Below, piece by piece: positions 12,732-26,497 of a DNA stretch of 64,000 bases. The translations under genes were made by a program, and so were the position numbers. The notes beneath the pieces are model-generated. The model saw nothing but the letters and a program-made list of their open reading frames with translations. It ran no database searches and was not told the DNA's origin. The DNA lies in assembly GCF_020745735.1 (NCBI RefSeq), contig NC_083428.1, forward strand, positions 43,778,217 to 43,842,216, given 5' to 3'. Position 1 is the first letter of the stretch. Every line of letters begins with the position of its first letter. The DNA is from Hemiscyllium ocellatum. Lineage: Eukaryota.

Positions 12732-14424
12732 GTAAATATTTCCAAAGTTGTGTGGTTTTGGAGAGTAATGAGATGGTGAGTAATTTTAATTGCAACAAAA
12801 TAGCATTGAAACTTTAAAGGTTATTTTGCTGAGACAATTGAAGTACTCTGCAAATAAGCACTAAACAACCTCAATCAAAGTATATTAGGCTACACTTTCC
12901 ATTTTCATTTTGGTTGTATTTTAGAGCCATGACACAGAAAATCATTTGGTTCCTTTACCTCTTGTTATCTTGTTATTTAACTCTGTGGAGCATCCACTCA
13001 GTCTTATTTGCTCTGTATGTCCATCATCCAGTAAGTTCCTTCCACTCAAGTGCCCATCCAGTTTCCTTTCAAAGGAAACTACCACCTTCCTAACTGTGAG
13101 GTTTTAATCATTACCAATCACTGTATCAAGAACAGACTCTCCTCTAATCCTCCTGCATCTTTGGCATGTGCCTTAAATCTGTATCCCAGAGTCCTTGTTC
13201 CATAGCTGATGGGGATGGCTTTTCTTTGGACATTCTATAACAGAAACCTGTAGTAATGTTCCACATGTCCTTTGAGTTTTAGCTAGGTGAAAGGCTTCAG
13301 AAGTGAAACTTATTTCATAGCTCTTTGAAAGTGATGACATAGGAACAAGGGGCTGAATAGTCGCTCTCTGTACTGTATCCTCTTTAGCTATGAGAGGAAG
13401 ATCTCTAGAAGAGATGAGATTGGTGGAAAACCTGGAAGCATTATCTTGATAGGATTCATAATCCATGGGAGGTAGGAGGAAATGTGAAGAGTGTTGATGT
13501 TTGGCAACTGCTTGGTAGCGGTCAGTACGCCAGTTAAGAACTTGTCAGCAGGATTAATGATGCTGATATATGTCTCAAGCTCCTCGGGAGGGAGACTAGT
13601 TAGATGAGAGAAATAGAGATGGCTGACATCACCTCAACAGTTCTCGGTGAAATATTCAAGAGTGAATGAGTCCACCGAGATTGGAGATGTTCGGAAGGAT
13701 CTGATGAGTCGAGAGAAGACCCTGGCCAGAAACATGCATGCAGAGGAAGTGGCAATCAGCTCAACATTTCATGAAGGTGGGATGTCAGACAATAAAACAA
13801 AGTCCTTTGCAGATCAAATCAAACAAATAACAATCAAACTGAAAGTTGAAGTATATAATGGAAACACAACAATTGTAGAAATTAGTGGAAAGATTGGATC
13901 AGTGGGAAGTGACGGGCTGAAAGGAAGAGGGCAAGTTTTCTGTTAAGGTGAAATGAAACTGGAAACCAGGATAGCTTTGAGACAGAATTAGTGTTGCGGT
14001 CAAGAATATTCATGTGGCAGCACGAAGTGTGGATCCTGAGATGCAGCAAGAATAGTCATTTTTGTGAAGCGTTGATGTGGTTAATGGATGGACCTGAAAA
14101 TGAAGAGTAGATTTGTAATTCTCATGAAATAAGTCAGAGCTGGGGAAATTTGCTATGAAAACATTATTTTTATACATAAGAAAAACAGAAACAGTAAGTA
14201 GCTAAAAATAAATCCCATCAGAAGAACAGAACATGCTGATGCATGTGTCAAGTGAAGTGGTAATGAATTAAACAATAGCACAAAGACAATACTACAGGTG
14301 CTGGAAATTTGAAGATTTGAGATTTTAAAAAAAGGCTTGTTGATTTATATTCCTTTCAAAATAATTTACTTGTTAAAATAAGGGATGTGTATTGGATCAT
14401 GTATATTTTGTCTCTTTCTTTAAG

Positions 14425-14630
14425 AATTGGAGTTAGATGCAGTTAAAGAGGAGAGCAACAAATTGCAGCAAATATATGATGTACAGGAAGTCTCAGCCGT
14501 TGATGTTAAGAAAATGAATCATGAGAAAAATGAGTTGCATCAGGCAACAATTTTCCTGAGCAAAAGCCTTGAAGATGCAGAGAAGAGGATGTGGAATGAA
14601 GAGATAAAAGTGACAAAGGCCAAGGAAATG
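14425..14630 (+). CDS. NDC80: NDC80-family exon (coiled coil)
   Basis: aag|AA...ATG|gtgagg; 206 bp; ...VKKMNHEKNELHQ...KRMWNEEIKVTKAKEM matches NDC80 RINHERNELQQ...KLWNEELKYARGKEA. Confidence 0.93.
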
Positions 14631-15994
14631 GTGAGGTGTGCTCTGAATGAGACTGAATTATGAGACTAATTATTCTTAACTAAAGTAAAAATTTGCAGCT
14701 GCCAAATAAAAAGCACTGGATTTTCTGGTGTCAAATTGTTAAACTTGTAGGAAGAGGAATAGGTTCCCTTGAGCCTGTTCCGATATTCAATGGTATAATG
14801 GTTGATCTAACTGTATTTGCCACATCCCTTTGAATCTTTAGTTTACAAAAATCTATCAATCCAAATTGAAATTAACCATGGATCTACATCAGTTTCTAGT
14901 TTGTGTAACTTCTTTAATTTAATCCAAGAAGTCCAAATATCATTCTGATGAATCAATGCTGTGCTCCCTCAAATATCCTTCCTGAAGCGTGGTGTCCAGA
15001 ACTGAACATGGTACTTCGTGTGTATTCTCACTTGGGATTTTTATGGCTACAGCACAGTTTCGGCCCACTTTTATTCTAGTTGTCTAGATATAAATCCCAG
15101 CATTCCGTTAGCCATTTTATTTAAAATATGAACATGTATAACTGCAAACCATTTTTCTGGACCCCCAAGGTTCTTTAGGCCACCAATGGTTTGAGCTTTC
15201 ACCAGTTAAGAAGTACTCTGGTCCTTCTCTGATCCAACATGGATGATCTCATATTTTATTCTTCCAGTTATCAATCAATTCTAATCTAATTTTTCCTGAC
15301 TTTAGACCTCGCTAACAGAGCCGATATTTTTGTTTGGAGGACACATTCAGCACCAAATCACAGCTAACTTGCTATCAGTAGATTACATATTGTCCTGCAC
15401 TGGGTTGATCAACTGACCAAAAGATTGTAGCCTGCCTGAAACGTCGATTTTCCTGTTCCTCGGATGCTGCCTGACTTGCTGTGCTTTTCCAGCACCACTC
15501 TAATCTTGACAAAAGATTGTACCGACAGCTTTTCTTTTGAGAATCCTCTGATCCTTACTTTTTTAATACAGAAATAAAGTTAGAACTATCTTTACTGCCC
15601 AGCTAGTTTGGTGTGACAGTGCTGAAATTGTACTATTTCACAGGTGTTTTTCTGGAATGTGCTTTGTATTTTCAATGGTAAGAATTTGTTTTCAAGTGGA
15701 GGATCCTACAGGTTCTTCCTAAATTTAGACTGACAAAATAGTTTTTGGAGTCAACTTTTCTGAAATCAGTCCTGAGGTGATGACTGCTGATATTGCCATC
15801 TAGGTTCATTGTGATCAGTTATGTGGAATAGAAAATTTTGCAATATTGTGGATCGTTTGATAGCAAGTATTGGGGAAAATCTCAGATTTGATTCATAGAC
15901 TTAACTGATATCCTGCATATTTCTGTAGTCTAATGATTTTTAAAAATTTATACTGATTGCTCCTCAATCACTGTTTCTCATTGCTTCACTTCAG

Positions 15995-16150
15995 CTGGAA
16001 GTCAGACTACAAGACTACCATACAATGGCTCGGAAGCTCAAGCTAATTCCTAAAGCAGCTGAAAATGCTCAAGCACAAAACTTTGAGATCAGCCTGTTGG
16101 ATATTGTGTCTGGGAAAAAGAATCTACCACAAAATACTGAAAAAATAAAA
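15995..16150 (+). CDS. NDC80: NDC80-family exon (Ndc80 loop)
   Basis: cag|CTG...AAA|gtaaga; 156 bp; contains the diagnostic YHxxARKLKLIPKxAENxxxxxFEI motif. Confidence 0.95.
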
Positions 16151-16214
16151 GTAAGACATTACTTTTTTGTAAATACGTTATGTTTTTACAGTTTATAAGG
16201 AACATTAATGTTAC

Positions 16215-18215
16215 GTTATGATATTTGAAGTACTGATCTAAACATTATAAAGTTTTCAGTTTCCGCTATCTTTCCAGGCATGAATTCCAGATTCCCATTA
16301 CCTGCTGAATGAAAAGGTTTTTTCCCTAATGTCCCCGATCTCCTGCCTCTTTCTCTAAAACTGTGCCACCTTATGATTGACCCCTCAAACAAAGAGAATA
16401 GCTGCTCTCTACTCACCCTGTTCGTACCCCTCATAATCCTATACACCTCAATCATGTCCTCCCTTAGCCTTCTCTGTTCTAAAGAAAACAATCCAAGCCT
16501 ATCTGGTCTCTTCTTACAGCTCAATTTCTCCATCCAGGTGAACCTCTCCTGTACCCCAACTAGTGCTATCACATCCTTACTATAGTGAGGTAACCAGAAC
16601 TACACACAATATTCCAGTTGTGGTCTAACCAACGCCCTGTACAACTCCAACATTACTTCCTTGCTTTTATATTCTGTGCCAAGACTGGTGAAAGCAAGTG
16701 TCCAATGTGCCTTTTGAACTATCATAGTCACATGCTCTGCGGACTTCAGGGACCTGTGAATAATTAACCCAAGATCCCTGAATTCCTCTAAGTTACTCAG
16801 TGTCTTGTCATTCATTAAGTACTCCCTCACCTTGATTCTTCTTCAAAAGTGCATCACCTCACACTTACCAGGGTTACATACGATCTGCCACTGGTCTGCC
16901 CATCTGATCAACCCACCTATATCTTCCTGTAACCTACAACCATCTTCTTTGCTATTAACCACCCTACAAGTCCTGGTGTTGTCTGAAAATTTGCTTAATA
17001 TTCCCCCCACATTTTCATCTATATCACTTATTTATATATGCAAACAATAAGGGTCCCAGTACTGATTCTTGTGGTATACCGCTGGATACCAGCCTCCAGC
17101 CTCTCAAACAGCCTTCTGCCACTACCCTTTGCGTCCTGGTAGTAAGCTAGTTTCTGATCCATCTCACCAGGTTTCCCTCAATTCCATGTGCTTTAACCTT
17201 CTCAATCAGTCTTCCATGTGAGACCTTGTCAAACCTATGCTAAAATCCATATAAATGATACCAACTGAGCTACTCTCATCCACACACTTGGTCACATTTT
17301 CAAAACATTCTAAAAGAAAATTTAGGCATGACCTCCCTCTGACCATCCCTAATTAACCCATACCTTTCCAAGCTGGTATCTTCAGAATTTTCAGAAGTTT
17401 CCATACCACTGACATGAGACTCTGGTCTGTAATTTTGATTCATTCCTACCAGCCCTCTTCAAAAAAACATTTAGTTGTCTTCCAGTCCTCTGGCACTTAC
17501 TGCATGGCCAGAAAGGAACTAAAGATTTGTGACAGAGCCCCTGCAATTCCTATTTTTAAATTATGCTCCTGGTTCTAAATTCCTAACCAAAGGAAGCAAG
17601 GGCAGCACAGTGGCACAACAGTTAGCACTGCTGCCTCACAGTATCAGGGACCCTGTTCATTTCCTGCCTTGAGTGACTATTTGTGTGGAGTTTGCACGTT
17701 CTCCCCATGTCCTCATGGGTTTTCTCCTCCCATGGCGCCTGGGATGCAGTTCGTTAGGGCCGGGGGATTTGTCTGTTTTAAAGCCTGATAAGAGTGTCTA
17801 ATACCTCCCCAGTTGTTATGTCAAACAGCGCAAGTTCCTCGCAATCCCTTTTCCTGAATTCAGTATGTACATTCTCCATTTCCAGAGAGAAAACCAAAGA
17901 GAAGTATTTACTCAACATCCTTCTAATATCCTACAGCTTCAAACACAGGTTTCCCCCTTGGTCCTTCATGGGCCCTACGGTTTCCCTGGTTAACTTCCTC
18001 TCTTTAATTATAAAATATCTTAGGATCCTCCCTAATCCTGTTTGCAAGTCCTTTTTCATGTCTCTTCTAAATGCTTTCTAAAGTTCCCCCTGCATTTTCT
18101 ATATTCCTCAAGGGGCACAGCTGAATTGCTCACTTTAGACTTGCTAAAAGCCCTACTCCTCCTCTTTATCCAGTCCTAGATTGTCCGCGACATTCAGGGT
18201 TCCCTGGATACATTT
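16215..18215 (-). mobile_element. Decayed CR1 LINE fragment
   Basis: LYRALVRPQLEYCV, RLGLFSLEQRRLREDMIEVY. Confidence 0.85.
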
Positions 18216-19435
18216 CAAGAAATACACCCCCTCTAAACCCTTAACACTACACCAATTTATGTTGGGAAAGTAACATGTTGAGTTGTGTTATTAATGCCTT
18301 GGGGTTGAGTATCCAGGTTTTTTTTTGCAGGGAGATTTTTTTTTGCTGTTGAGTTCCAGATTTCATTTGTCAGTGAATTCAATGGCCCGCCAGCATTTTT
18401 ATTGTTGAGAACTGTGAAGCAAATATTGTTTACTGCAATAAATTGGCCATTGACTTAAAGTCCATGTGTGCAACTAGGTACAAGAATCTGGAAGCTGCAG
18501 TTAACCTGCTGCACCTCAGTACCTTAGCCATAGAGAATACAGCATTTGTTTACTAGTTAGTTGCACACTAAAGACAGAAAAGGTTAGGAGTGATGTATTC
18601 AGGTAGAACTGAATTTTAACTATATTTGGCAGTAATATATCCAAATCTTTGACACGAAATTGTAGTGCTAATGGTGGAAAACGATTCCTTCAGAATTATA
18701 TTGTAGACTTAAAAAGAAGATCTTTGTTCTATCTTTTGTCTCTTATCTCACTCGACTGTGTGTTTCATTCTCTCTATTTCACTTTAAGTATGTGATTTTA
18801 CAGGATATTTGAGATATTATACTTCGTATTACTTGACACACTATAAATGCCTGAAGATTCTTTCATCTAATTGCACTGCAAAAGGTGTTTGGAAACTATG
18901 CATGCTAAAAGGCCCAGAAAATGTCTGTAAAGCTATTATTGCAACATGTTAGAAGTGCTGTCCTTTCCCATAGTTCACAAAAACTGGGCCAGTATCTTCC
19001 AGCGTGCTATCACTTACCCGGAGCATGACTGGAATAATAAGTACTCTTTGTTAGAACCAGTAAATATTATGTTGTATGCACTAAATTATTATATAATAGT
19101 GAGTACTGCTATTTTTGTATCTTTTGCTGGCACATAGGAACAGGAATAAACCATCCAGTACATTAGGTTCACCTTGTCATTTATGGCTGATCAAACACTT
19201 AAGTGCCTTTTCTCCACCCATCCCCATAACCCTTAAGGCATTGGTAATAAGAAATCTATCAATCTCTACATTCAACACTCAAAACCTGAGCTTCCACAAA
19301 CCTCTGTGGTGGAGAATTCTAAAGGTTCACAAGCCTCTGAGTAAAATAATTTCTCCTCATCTTTGACATAGGTATTAGCCCCCTTACTTTTACATTATGC
19401 TCCCTGATTCTAAATTCCCAATCAAAGGAAGTAAG

Positions 19436-19780
19436 GGCAGCACGGTGGCACAACAGTTAGCACTGCTGCCTCACAGAATCAGGGACCCGGTACATTTCCT
19501 GCCTTGAGTGACTACCTGTGTAGAGTTTGCATGTTCTCCCCATGTCCACATGGGTTTTTCCAGGTGTTCTGATTTCCTCCCACAGTCCAAAGATATGCAC
19601 ATTAGGTGGATTGGCTCTGGTAAATCGCCCAATAGTCTCATAGGGATGTTTAGGCTAGGTGCATTAGCTATGGTAAATATGGAGTTATGGATGGGGTCTG
19701 GGTTGGATGTTTATGGGAGGGTCGGTGCAGATGCTATGCGCCGAATTGTCTCTGTCTGAACTGTAGGGATTCTATGCATC
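19436..19780 (+). mobile_element. HE1-type V-SINE
   Basis: GGCAGCACGGTGGC...GTTAGCACTGCTGCCTCACAG head plus V-domain. Confidence 0.85.
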
Positions 19781-20315
19781 TGCGCTGTCTATCCCTTGAG
19801 TATTTCATAAATTTCAAATTAGATCACCTCTCATTCTTTTCAATTCAAGAGAATACACACCTAGTTTCTCCCCTTAGGGCAGGCCATCCATCCCAGGAAC
19901 AGGTCTGGTGAGCGTTTGTTGCCCTCGCTATACGGTTATAATATCTTTCCTGAGATGAGAACAGAAGGGCACAGTACTCGGTAGGTGCAGTCTTACCAAG
20001 CTCCTGTACAATTGAAGCAAGACTTAACTGTACTCAAATTCTCTTGCATTAAAGGCTTAGATTCCATTAGCCTTCCTTATATAGAGACTTATTGACAAGG
20101 GCACCTCGATAACCTTGTATGTCTGCATTTTCCGACTTATTGTAATTTAAGAAGTACTCTGCAGATCTGTTTCTCTTACCAGAAGGTAAAACCTATAATT
20201 TTTCCGTATACTGTTTTACCTGCCAAGTTCTTACCTATTCACTAAACCTGTCCAAAATCCTCTGAAAGCCACTTTACAGCTGCACAACTCCTATTCCCAC
20301 TTAGCTGTACATCAT

Positions 20316-20612
20316 GGGCGGCACGGTGGCTCAGTGGTTAGCACCGCTGCCTCACAGCGCCAGAGACCCGGGTTCAATTCCCGCTTCAGGCAATTGTCTG
20401 TGTGGAGTTTGCACATTCTGGGTGCTCCAGTTTCTTCCCACAGTCCAAAAATGTGCAGGTTAGGTGAATTGGCCATGAAAAATTGCCCGTAGTGTTAGGT
20501 GAAGGGGTAAATGTAGGGGAATGAGTCTGGGTGGGTTGCTCTTCAGAGGGTCAGTGGGGACTTGTTGGGCCGAAGGGCCTGTTTCCACACTGTAAGTAAT
20601 CTAATCTAAATC
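20316..20612 (+). mobile_element. HE1-type tRNA-derived V-SINE, near full length
   Basis: A box TGGCTCAGTGG, B box GGTTCAATTCC, V-domain GGAGTTTGCACATTCT...CCCACAGTCCAAA, CR1-derived tail. Confidence 0.88.
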
Positions 20613-23379
20613 TGCAAATTTACAAATATTATAGACCATAAAACCATTCAGCCCATCTAGTCTGCTCCGCCATTTAATCATGGCTGATACGTTTCTCAAC
20701 CCGATTCTCCCGCTTTCTCCTCGTGACCCTTGTTCCCTTTGATATTCAAGAATCTATTAATTTCCGTCTTAAGTATACTCAATGACCTGGCCTCCACAGC
20801 CTTCTGTGGCAGTAAATTCCATAGACTCTCAATTCTCTGGCTGCAGAAGTTTCTCCTTATCTCCGTTCTAAAAGGTCTTCCATTTATTCTAAGGCTGTGC
20901 CCTCGCGTCCTAGTCTCTCCTACCAATGGAAATATCTTCCCAACATCCACGCTGTCCAGACCATTCAGTACTCTGTATGTTTCAATTGGATCCCCCCCTC
21001 TAAATTCAGGTCTCCAGTGTCTGCAATTCTTATTTTAGTTGTGTGGTTCTGTTTTCTCGCTTGCTCCTTAAATAGTGGGGTAACATGTACCACCTTCCAA
21101 TCTACAAGAATCATTGCAGAGTCGATAAAAATTTTAGCAGATAATCACCAGTGCATGTTTCTCTATCTCTATGACCACTTCCTTCAACTCTTTGGGATGT
21201 AGAAAATCAGGTCCTGGAGATTTATCACCTTTCAGTCTCATTAAGTTATTCTGTACAATCTTCTTGCTAATATTAATTTCCTTCAATTTCTCATTCTCCT
21301 TAACCACATCATCTCTAGTTCTCAAAGATTTCTTATAGCTTCCTCAGACAAACAAGTATTAGCTGCTCTCCCATTTCTTTATTCCCCATTACAAATTCTT
21401 CTGACTTGCCTGTAATACTCTATTCTCCTTTCTTTATTAGTTTTTTTGATCCTCCTTTGCTGTATCCTTAGCCACCTCAGATTTACTTTTTGTTTCCTGA
21501 CCATGTATGCCAAACTACGTTTTGTTTGCCACAATTGCACAATTGATTGACGTCTTTGGGTTTTTGTACCTTAAATACTGTACATAGTTGCTATAAGTCA
21601 CCCTGCTTTTTAAGAAAAGTAAAAGAGGAAAAACAGGCCAGTTAGTCTGAGTGGGGTGTGGTGGGGAAATGGTTGGAGTCTATATTCAAGGCTGCAATAA
21701 CTGAACACCTTGATTTTCAGTTAATTAGGGGGAGAGCCAGCAAGGATAGATTCAAGTTGGTAGGTCTTGCCTGATAAACATCATTGAAATTTTTGAAGCG
21801 GTGACTAACATGGGAATGTTTATGGATGTTTATACATGGAATTCCAGAAGGTATTTGATAAAGTTCTGAATAAAATAGAAGCTGAGGGAAAATTACTGAC
21901 ATGGTTGGGAAATTGGTTGAATGGTAGGCAATGAGTAAGGTACTCATTGGCAGGATGTGACCTGTGGTGTTAGGCCATCAATTATTCACGTTATTTGTTA
22001 ACAACTAGACAATGGTATGAGTCATATTTTGAAGTTGTTGATGACACAAAGTTAGTGGCATTGTAGTTGTGATCTCACAATATTACAAAGGGATATTGAT
22101 AGACCAAGTGAATGAGCAAACTATGGCAAATGGAGTTCGATGTAAGTAAGTAAATGGAAGGTTATCCATTTTGGCCTGAAAAAGAATAGATCAGGTACTT
22201 ACTCGATGGTATGAAATTGACTACAGTCAATGTCCAAAATGTCTTGGGGGTTCATGTGCATAATTTTTTAAAATGCCATAAATAGGTGCAGGGGTTATGA
22301 TGAGAGATTATACGAAAAAGGCCTGCTTTTGCTAGAATTTCAAAGGTTATGGGGTAAGCTGATCAAAGTGTTTAAGATATTAACAGGAAAAGATTGGTAG
22401 ATAAAGATAAGGTATTTCCACTGGTTGAGGATTCAAGAACTAAGTGATATAGTCTGAGAATTAAGGCATTATTCAGGAAAGATGTTATGAAGCACTTCTA
22501 CACACAAAGGGTAGTAGATGTTTGGAACTCTTCCACAAATAACAGTGGATGCTGGATCAGTTCCAACATTAAATCTGAGAACTTGTTTCTTGTTGTTAAG
22601 TAATGGTATTAAGAGATGTGGGCCAAAGACAGGAATGTGGATTTAGTCATAGATCAGCCATGATTAATTGGCGAGTTGACTCAAAGGGTTGAATGGCCAT
22701 CTCCCTTTCCTATCTTCCTAAGACATGTAATAGTTCTATACAGCACATAGGCAATGGATAGTCTGTAATGTCTTTTAATCTATTTTGCAATCCAGCTCAG
22801 CCACTTACGCCTCATATTTATAATTACCTACATTCAAGTTTAATGCCCTTGCTTCGGGCTGAATTACTTCATTATTCAGCATAATATAAAATTCTATCAT
22901 TATGGTCACTCATCCCTAAAAGCTCTTTTACCTCTTAGTCCTTTTTTAATTATGCAATACTAGATCTAAAATAATACATGCTCCAATTGGTTCCTGCACA
23001 TACTGCTGTAGAAAACACGATCCATGAACTTGTCCATCATAGCTGTATTGCTCAATTCATTTATCCAATTGATATGCAGAATGAAGTCACCCATGATAAC
23101 TTTGTTGCCTGTGCTACATATTTCTTTATCGCTTGGTAAATTACTGTTTACTGTTATTGTTTGATGTCCTATAAATAACTCCAGCCCAATGTCTGCTGTT
23201 TCTTGACTTCACTCAGATTGTACATGATGTTGTTCTTCTGATCCTATATTCTCCCCTACTAAAGTACTGATCTCATCTGTTATTATCAGTGCAACTCCAC
23301 ACTTTTCTTCTTTGTTTGTCCTTCCTAAATGTCAAATATCCTTAAATATTCAGTTCACAGTCCTGGCCATTATTAACAA

Positions 23380-24275
23380 ATGAAAACAAATTACTAGAGA
23401 AACTCAACAGGCCTGACAGCAATGATGAAGCGAAAACAGCGTTAGCATATAGAGTGCAGTTAACGTATCAAGTGCACTGACCCCTCTTCAGAATTGGTAG
23501 CAGTTATTAAAAAAAATGTAACTTATGCTGACGAGGAGTGAGCGAATAGGTAGAGAGGGAGTCTGGAGAGAGAGAGAGGAGAAAGGAGAAAAAAGGTCGG
23601 CAGACAAAGAGATCCTAATCAAAGGAAGAAGAGAAGCAAAAACAAAACAAATTACTGGAGAAACTCAGCAGATCTGGCAGCATCAGTGGAGACAAACCAG
23701 AGTTAATTTTTCAAGTCCAATGACCCTTCTTCAAAACCTCAGTCAGACCTGCTGAGTTTCTCCAACAATTTAGTTTTTTGTTTTGTTTCAGACCTTCAGC
23801 CTCCAAGTGATTTGTTTTTGAAGAGAAGCTAGGTAGATGAGTAGGCAAAAATGGGTTGGCTATATTGAAAGTAACCCATTTCATTACAGGACCTGGGCTG
23901 TGGGGTTGGGTATTGAACCTGGAAGGAGGTGTTCATGCTCTGAAATTGTTAAACTCGACAATGAGTCCTGAAGGCTGTCCGGTCACGAAGCAGAAGTTGG
24001 GATATTGTTTTTTCAGCTTGCATTGAGTTTCACTGGAGCACTACAGATCTGAGTCAGAAAGGTTGGCATAAGAGTATGGTGGTGTGTTGAAGTGACAGGC
24101 AATTGGAACATTGTTCTTGAACATAAAAATGACCATAGATGTTGTGCAAAGCAGTCACCCAGTCTGCATTTCGTATCCACAATGTACAGCAGACCACATC
24201 GTGAGCAGCACATACAGTCGACTGTTTTAGTTTGTTTTAGATCTCCATCATCCACAGTTCCTTGTTTTATTATCC
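23380..24275 (-). mobile_element. Decayed Penelope-like fragment with a nested fold-back short PLE (about 23638-23820)
   Basis: CSRCGLLYIVDTKCRLGDCFAQH (GIY-YIG relic); nested element flanked by AAGAGAAGC. Confidence 0.65.
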
Positions 24276-25539
24276 TCATCTTTATTAAGCCTGATCCTGT
24301 AATGGCAATTCGATTATACCCATATATCTCAATTTGTGCCTTTAGATTATCTACCTGCTGCAAGCATGCAGGTAAAATGCCCTTTACTTTGTCTTTTTAA
24401 CATCATTCATGTTTTGAAGCATATTCTATAACCCATTTATTTCTACTCCTTGTTTCCTGTCTGCGAACCAATTCTCTATCTATTTTGATACACTATTTTA
24501 CAAGCTAATCTCTTAATAAAACTCTGTTGAAAGCCTTCTGAACGTACTAGCTCTTCTAATCGAGAAGTGAACTAGTTTCATCCTCAAAGTTCGAGTAGGT
24601 GTGTCACGCATGATTTATCTTTCATAAGTTTGTGCTGACTATGAGGTATGAATTGATTTTGTTGGCTTTGCTCCTTCCTTTTAGTCTCCCTTGCACAGTC
24701 TTCCTACTATCAATTTTGGTTACTTTTCAGGTTCCAGTCCTCCTCCCAAACTTGGTTAAATCCACTTCAACGTCCCTAGGACATTTCTCTGTGAGGATAT
24801 CAATTGCAGTCCCTTTGAGGTGTAACCTGTCCAGATTGTACTGATCCCCCCCTTGTTCCAGCAATGATCCCAACCCCTCAGGAATCCAATGCCCTCCATC
24901 CTAAATAAGTCTTGTAGATACATAGTTAATTGATCAATTCTTCTGTTCTTATGCTAACTAGCACATGGCACTCAAAGTAATCCTAAGATTATTTCTCTTG
25001 AGATCCTATTTAATTTCCCTCTTGGTTCCCTGTAGTGAGATCTTACCTAGGCAGTCTCATTACTGGATAGATGACATTGTTGCAGCTGTACTGGAACAGC
25101 TTGACTAGGAGTCTCATTAATTCTGGAGTATGTGTATGTTTTGGTCCTAATTGTCTCGACCCCTTATTTAAATCTTCTACTCCTTACATGTTTATGAAAG
25201 GCTTTTTGGTTCTTATGAGTCTCTTGTGTTGCCTCTGAATCCTAAAAATTCCATCATTGAAATAGACAGGACAGAACAAACCGTCTAAACTGGTGACAAC
25301 TTTCCAATTCCATTTCTATTTTCCATGCTTTTCTCCAATTATATCAACTGACCTGCCATAATCGATTTTAACATCGTCAGCTCTGATGCCAAATCATCAT
25401 CCTTACTGCATCACTGCACATTAAAGAAGATTTTCATGATAGCCAGAAACAGTTAATCTGTAATTTCTAGATGTAGGATTCCATTTGTAATTTGTCCTTT
25501 CCAATTTTCTTGTGACCTATGCCTCCTTAATTTTTACAG

Positions 25540-25629
25540 CTTGCCCTCATGAATCTACTAAAACAAATAAATGATGATATTGAACATCTGAAGCACAAGA
25601 AAATGAGTGTGCAAGAGGCCAAAGAACAG
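25540..25629 (+). CDS. NDC80: NDC80-family exon
   Basis: cag|CTT...CAG|gtatgg; 90 bp; LALMNLLKQINDDIEHLKHKKMSVQEAKEQ. Confidence 0.9.
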
Positions 25630-25737
25630 GTATGGAGATAATCAGTGTTGTAAATGGAGTTGCAATCAAATCTGTGTAAAACGTGTATTGGATGTATAAA
25701 ATATTTATCTGTTGAAGATAACCATTCTGTCTCTTAG

Positions 25738-25830
25738 GTTCAGACCATGATAGATGACAAAGCAAATGATGTGAAAATGTTAAAAGAACAAATTCGAAAG
25801 GTGGATGAAGCAATTGAACAAGAAAAGGAG
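25738..25830 (+). CDS. NDC80: NDC80-family exon
   Basis: tag|GTT...GAG|gtcaga; 93 bp; VQTMIDDKANDVKMLKEQIRKVDEAIEQEKE. Confidence 0.9.
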
Positions 25831-26229
25831 GTCAGAATGCCAAATTGACATTACTGTTTGCATTTACAGAGCATCTATTTAATGTGGAAAATGTGCTATG
25901 ATTGTCATATTACCAAACAAAGTTTAGTATTCAACCACATAAGGACATATTGAGGGAGGTGACATGAAGCCTAGTCAAAGAGAGCAATTTTAAGGCGTAT
26001 CTTAAGGGCAATAAAAGTTTAACAAGGAGATTCTCCAGCAGGTCAGCCACTTCCAATTCCTGTTCACCTTCCACAAGATTTAAGTCACGAGTCTGATGGA
26101 ATACTACCCCTTTGACTGAATGAGTGCAGCCCCAGAAACCCTCAAAAGAAAAACTTGACACTATCTTGGTCAAAGCAGCCTCTTGATTGATACCCTATCC
26201 AAACTTCACTTGCTTCAGGATGTGCTTAG

Positions 26230-26497
26230 TGTCTCAGTGGTTAGCAATGCTGCCTCACAGCACCAGACACCCAGGTTCGATTCCCTCTGGCAACTACGTG
26301 GAGTTTGCATGTTCTCATGTCTGTGTGGGTTTCCTCCCATTGTTCTGGTTTCCTCCCACAGCCCAAAGGTGTGTGTGTGTTGGGTGCATCAGCCATGGGA
26401 AATGCAAGGTTACAGGGATAGGGTGCAAGCTTGATAGGGGATCGGTGTGGACTTGATGGGCCATATGGCCTGCTTCCATGTTGTAAGGATTCTATGC
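26230..26497 (+). mobile_element. HE1-type V-SINE
   Basis: Head, V-domain and GATTCTATG tail. Confidence 0.8.

Larger units (their letters stand above)
19130..23370. mobile_element. Cluster of decayed CR1 fragments in both orientations, with SINE insertions
   Basis: ETRTRGHSLRI, KSPGPDFLHP and degenerate RT motifs; boundaries approximate. Confidence 0.7.

Noticed and set aside
20316-20390. tRNA-like A and B boxes
   Set aside because: These are SINE heads followed by the V-domain, not tRNA genes.
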